From positions 1,302,001-1,366,000 of the forward strand of contig NC_081333.1 in assembly GCF_022539665.2 (NCBI RefSeq): DNA of 64,000 nucleotides. Direction: 5' to 3'. Position 1 is the first letter of the stretch; every line of letters starts with the position of its first letter. Position numbers and translations under genes: made by a program. The notes below the pieces were generated by a model. It was not told where the DNA came from, searched no databases, and saw only the letters and a list, made by a program, of their open reading frames with translations. Below, in pieces: positions 60,331-64,000 of the stretch. This DNA is from Daphnia carinata. Taxonomy: Eukaryota.

Positions 60331-60778
60331 TGCTGTGAAAAAGTAACTAAGACGATTATCAAGGACATAACTGCATCAACTTTCATATAAAACAACATGA
60401 AAGTGTATCCAAACGAGTGGAGAATTTTAAATTACCAGTAAGTTTTTCTCGAATGAGATGAGATATCAGGTCAAAGTCAAACAGTTATGCTTTTCGTCTG
60501 CATCGCTGTAACTTGAAGCGTCTATGGAGCGAAAATGGCAACAGCAGTCCCATTTCTTGTATTAAACGTAACACATTTATACACCTAATTAATTTCCTAT
60601 TAAAACCTCCAAGGAAGTTGTAATGGACCTTCGGAGATAAGGCACTTTATACCTTCTCCCTAAGCCAACTGCTAGTTATTTTTGCTTTAGGGTATAAAAG
60701 ATAAACTACTGAAACTTTTAGTAAAAGATTTCTCGATGGATGTATTTAAACAAGTTCAAGACGTTTATTATTGACTGT

Positions 60779-61558
60779 CTAGGCAGTCAAATTCTGGGAT
60801 TTTATGACATTCAAAGCACGAATTCCATTTTTATCCAATACTTTAACTTGAAAATTTGGAAGGTTGATTATAAGGCGCTTTTGGATTTCCGCAACGCACT
60901 TTTTCAGGATATCATATGCTTCTTCTTCCGTCAGATCTGGACGGTAATAACGGTCCATAATACCAATGCTGAACATGCCTCCATATCCATGAGTAGCAAA
61001 TGGAGTTTTAATCATAGATGCAAGGTAATCCATCCAGTAAAGTTCAGGGCCTGTTCTTTCGCTGTAGCCAGCTAGGAGAAAGTTAACCATGTAGGGTGAC
61101 TAAATGGAAAGAATGCAAACAAATGGATTTCTTGAAAAACACGTGAACTTGCAAAATTTTATGACTATATCTGTACCCTGCTGCGTAATGAGTCAGCCAA
61201 GTTACGGCGAGTAAAGTTGGCAGCTGCAGGTGGAGATAGTTCATAACCATTCCTCATTTTGTAGAGCTGAATGTTTTTTTCGATGTATTCAGCAAATTGT
61301 GTAGTGTCTCCAGATTCTCCCGTAACTGCCATCAATAGCCTATCAGACAATTTAAACATTTTGTCCTCATCTGCACAACAAAATACAAAAGAAAAAATGA
61401 AATTTAATTTAATCATGATATAATAAGCAAATCATCAATATCTTTCACATCTACCAAAAAAACGAACCTTGTTTGTTGACAAGAATGCTGTGAGCGTTGG
61501 TCATATCTGACGCCAAAATGACAAAGTCATTACAAGAGATACCTAAAACACACTCCAT
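60779..61558 (-). CDS. PSMB2: Proteasome subunit beta type-2 (beta4)
   Basis: MECVLGI...[62 protein letters not shown]. Confidence 0.96.
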
Positions 61559-62188
61559 GTTAATGCAACCTGTAAAACACTACGATAATATGAAAAACTT
61601 CAGTCTGATCAGCGAGTAAATGCTGAAGTTTTTCGGAAAGTGCAATGTCAGTTTTCCATTGCCGGCAGTGTTGCTAAAAAACATTTGAAACTAAATCAAG
61701 AATATTGTTTAACAATTAATTTTGACCAAGCTGGAAGGTTTAGAAAAATTGAAAATTTGCTGTGCTATTAGAATTACTATTAGTGCACACATTTAATAAA
61801 GTAGAGGAAATTTGGCAAACGGTCTGTAAAAAGAATTCATTTTTCGTGTAAGCTCACCGGTGAGCGTTGACGGTCTGCCACTCACGCATTACAAGAGTTA
61901 ACTTATTAGAGTTTGTATTGTTGAAGATTTCAAGTTAGGTATGTAAAACCACATTAAATTATTTGTTGATAAGCTTATGTTATCTAAATTTGATGGATTT
62001 CAATAAAAGCTTTCCTTGTTTAAGAAATAACGGCAAAATTATCCATTGCCTTAGGGTGAAATTTTATCGGATTAGGATTCCTGCCCTGCCTGTGGGCTGG
62101 GCTCAAGAAACTACCTTTTATGGCTTCTTACTCGCAACAAACCCGTCATTCAATCTTTTGGTGTTATCTTTTTTTTATAAAGGTTAAA
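61559..62188. promoter_or_regulatory. Divergent promoter shared by PSMB2 and EB1
   Basis: Head-to-head genes ~630 bp apart; GGCAAC-like motifs at ~61660-61680 and ~61811. Confidence 0.55.
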
Positions 62189-64000
62189 ATGGCTGTAAAT
62201 GTGTATTCAACCAGCGTGACAACAGAAAACCTTAGTAGACATGACATGTTAGCCTGGGTCAATGATTGCCTCATGTCGAACTTGACGAAAATTGAAGAAA
62301 TGTGCACTGGGGCTGCCTATTGTCAGTTCATGGATATGCTTTTCCCAGGTAAAATTTATTCCTGCTTTATTAAGCTTGCCTTATTCCAAAAGAACTTAGA
62401 AGCAAAGTATGCCACACCTTCAAAATATATTGACATCCCACAGTTGACTGATGTTTTGATTCTTTGTTTTTTGGTCTTAACTGGGCTTGCAGGTTCAATG
62501 ATGATTAAAAAAGTCAAGTTTAAAACAAATCTTGAGCACGAATACATCCAGAACTTCAAACTACTTCAGGGATCCTTCAAAAAAATGAGTGTGGATAAGG
62601 TATGCCATCCGTAGTTGCTCATTATTTGTTGTTCCGTTAGTCTAGTGGTCCAAGAATAAGTGTGCATTTCTAAAGGCAAACAAATGCCACAGAAACCAAA
62701 ATCTAATGTCGATTATTCAAGTTGGCACTTCAAACAGTTTCTCTTATTAGAAAAGGTATTATCCTGTCTTAGGAGAGCAGCATCGGTGTGAATCTTGCTA
62801 GTTTGGCCCTAACAATTCTCCTAGGGAACGAAAACTTAAACACTTTATAGTTTTTCAAATGTAGGACACAAAAGTTGACACCTAGATCTATGGCAGCGTT
62901 AGATTTATATGGAAAAATTTTCCACTTCTTTTCCTGTATTATATTTTGCTGTATCTTTTCATTCGGTCTGTTAATCCTAGTTAGTTAGTTGGTTTGCTGA
63001 AAGATAAAACAAAACAAAAACAACATCCCTGTCTGTCGCACACAGATCATCCCTGTGGACAAATTGATCAAAGGTCGCTTCCAGGACAACTTTGAGTTCC
63101 TGCAGTGGTTCAAGAAGTTCTTTGACGCCAACTTTGATGGTTCACCCTATGATGCCCATGAAGCTCGCGGTGGCGAAGTCTTGGGTCTAGGGCCAGCAAC
63201 GTCAGGTGGATCTCAGTCTCATTTGGGCGGATCGGGTCGACACTCGCCGTCGACGGGGTCCTACTCGCGACAGGCTTACAACAAGCCTGCCCCTCACAGA
63301 ACCGGTACAGCACAACACACTTGGCTTCGCATATCGAAAGATCCCGTTGGCATCTTTCGTTCTAGTTTGGCTACTATTCTGTATATGTAGAATGGTGTTT
63401 GGTATTTAGTATTCGGTTCTTTTATGCACCACCTTACCTCTCGCCACTTTAATCTACATCGTCTTGTTGTTTTATGCTGTATTTCTTCGCACTGAAATTA
63501 GTGGTTGTGTCAAGCTTGAAGTCCCCGTAAATCACTGGCGGTCAAAATACCCAAAGCTTCCCCGTCTAATTATTTAGTAGAGGAACCGTAGATTGCGCTA
63601 ATTTCTGGTAGATGTGTATTCGAAAACACGTGTACTGCTCCAACAATTTGACAATACTTTTTAAGGGTTAAACCACTTATTTTTTTTTTTGTTTACTTTT
63701 TTTTTTATTTATTTTTTTTTTGCGTATGTGTGCTTTGATTTTTTTATTATTTTTTTTTTGGTACACTCGTTATATTATTTTTTTTATTATTTTTTTTGGT
63801 ATGACTTTGTCCACTAGTCGTAGCGCTTAGTGGCCGGCCTTACATTCGCCATATTTCTTGCCTCTACCGTTCTCTTGTTTTATTTTGCGTGTCCTATCAG
63901 ATCATCCCGATCGACAAGTTGGTGAAAGGTCGCTTTCAAGATAATTTCGAGTTCGTCCAGTGGTTTAAGAAATTCTTTGACGCCAATTACCAAGGGCAGG
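62189..64000 (+). CDS. MAPRE1: Microtubule end-binding protein EB1 (RP/EB family), 5' part; runs off the window; has duplicated alternative exons
   Basis: [84 protein letters not shown]. Confidence 0.95.

Overview
Gene-dense, AT-rich eukaryotic DNA with many short (~55-80 nt) spliceosomal introns. This architecture is typical of a compact arthropod genome, most likely a branchiopod crustacean such as Daphnia (inference, not proven). I reconstructed 15 protein-coding genes by joining exons: neurobeachin-like (NBEAL, +), which carries a nested antisense Pro/Tyr-repeat secreted-protein gene in a 4.2-kb intron; a Spaetzle-like cystine-knot gene (-); cathepsin L (+); coatomer gamma (+); cytoplasmic LeuRS (-); phosphoserine phosphatase (+); TOM22 (-); DDX24 (+); FUT8 (-); a C2CD2/TMEM24-like protein with a C1 domain (-); PPP4R3 (+); COX20 (-); PSMB2 (-); and the 5' part of EB1 (+). 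The main accessory region is ~30.3-35.2 kb. It contains a degenerate MITE-like repeat, an (ACAT)n tract, a 1-kb 26-bp minisatellite and a 332-bp TTAA-flanked piggyBac-type non-autonomous element whose interior folds into five hairpins, two capped by cUNCGg tetraloops on the minus strand. Other notable observations: an in-frame TAA early in the NBEAL ORF, a tandemly duplicated and probably mutually exclusive exon in EB1, a collapsed 22-bp transposon remnant with an 8-bp target-site duplication, a TOM22 intron overlapped by a consensus intron on the opposite strand, and three GC-AG introns. Exon boundaries were read by eye and gene names come from recalled motifs; no searches were run.
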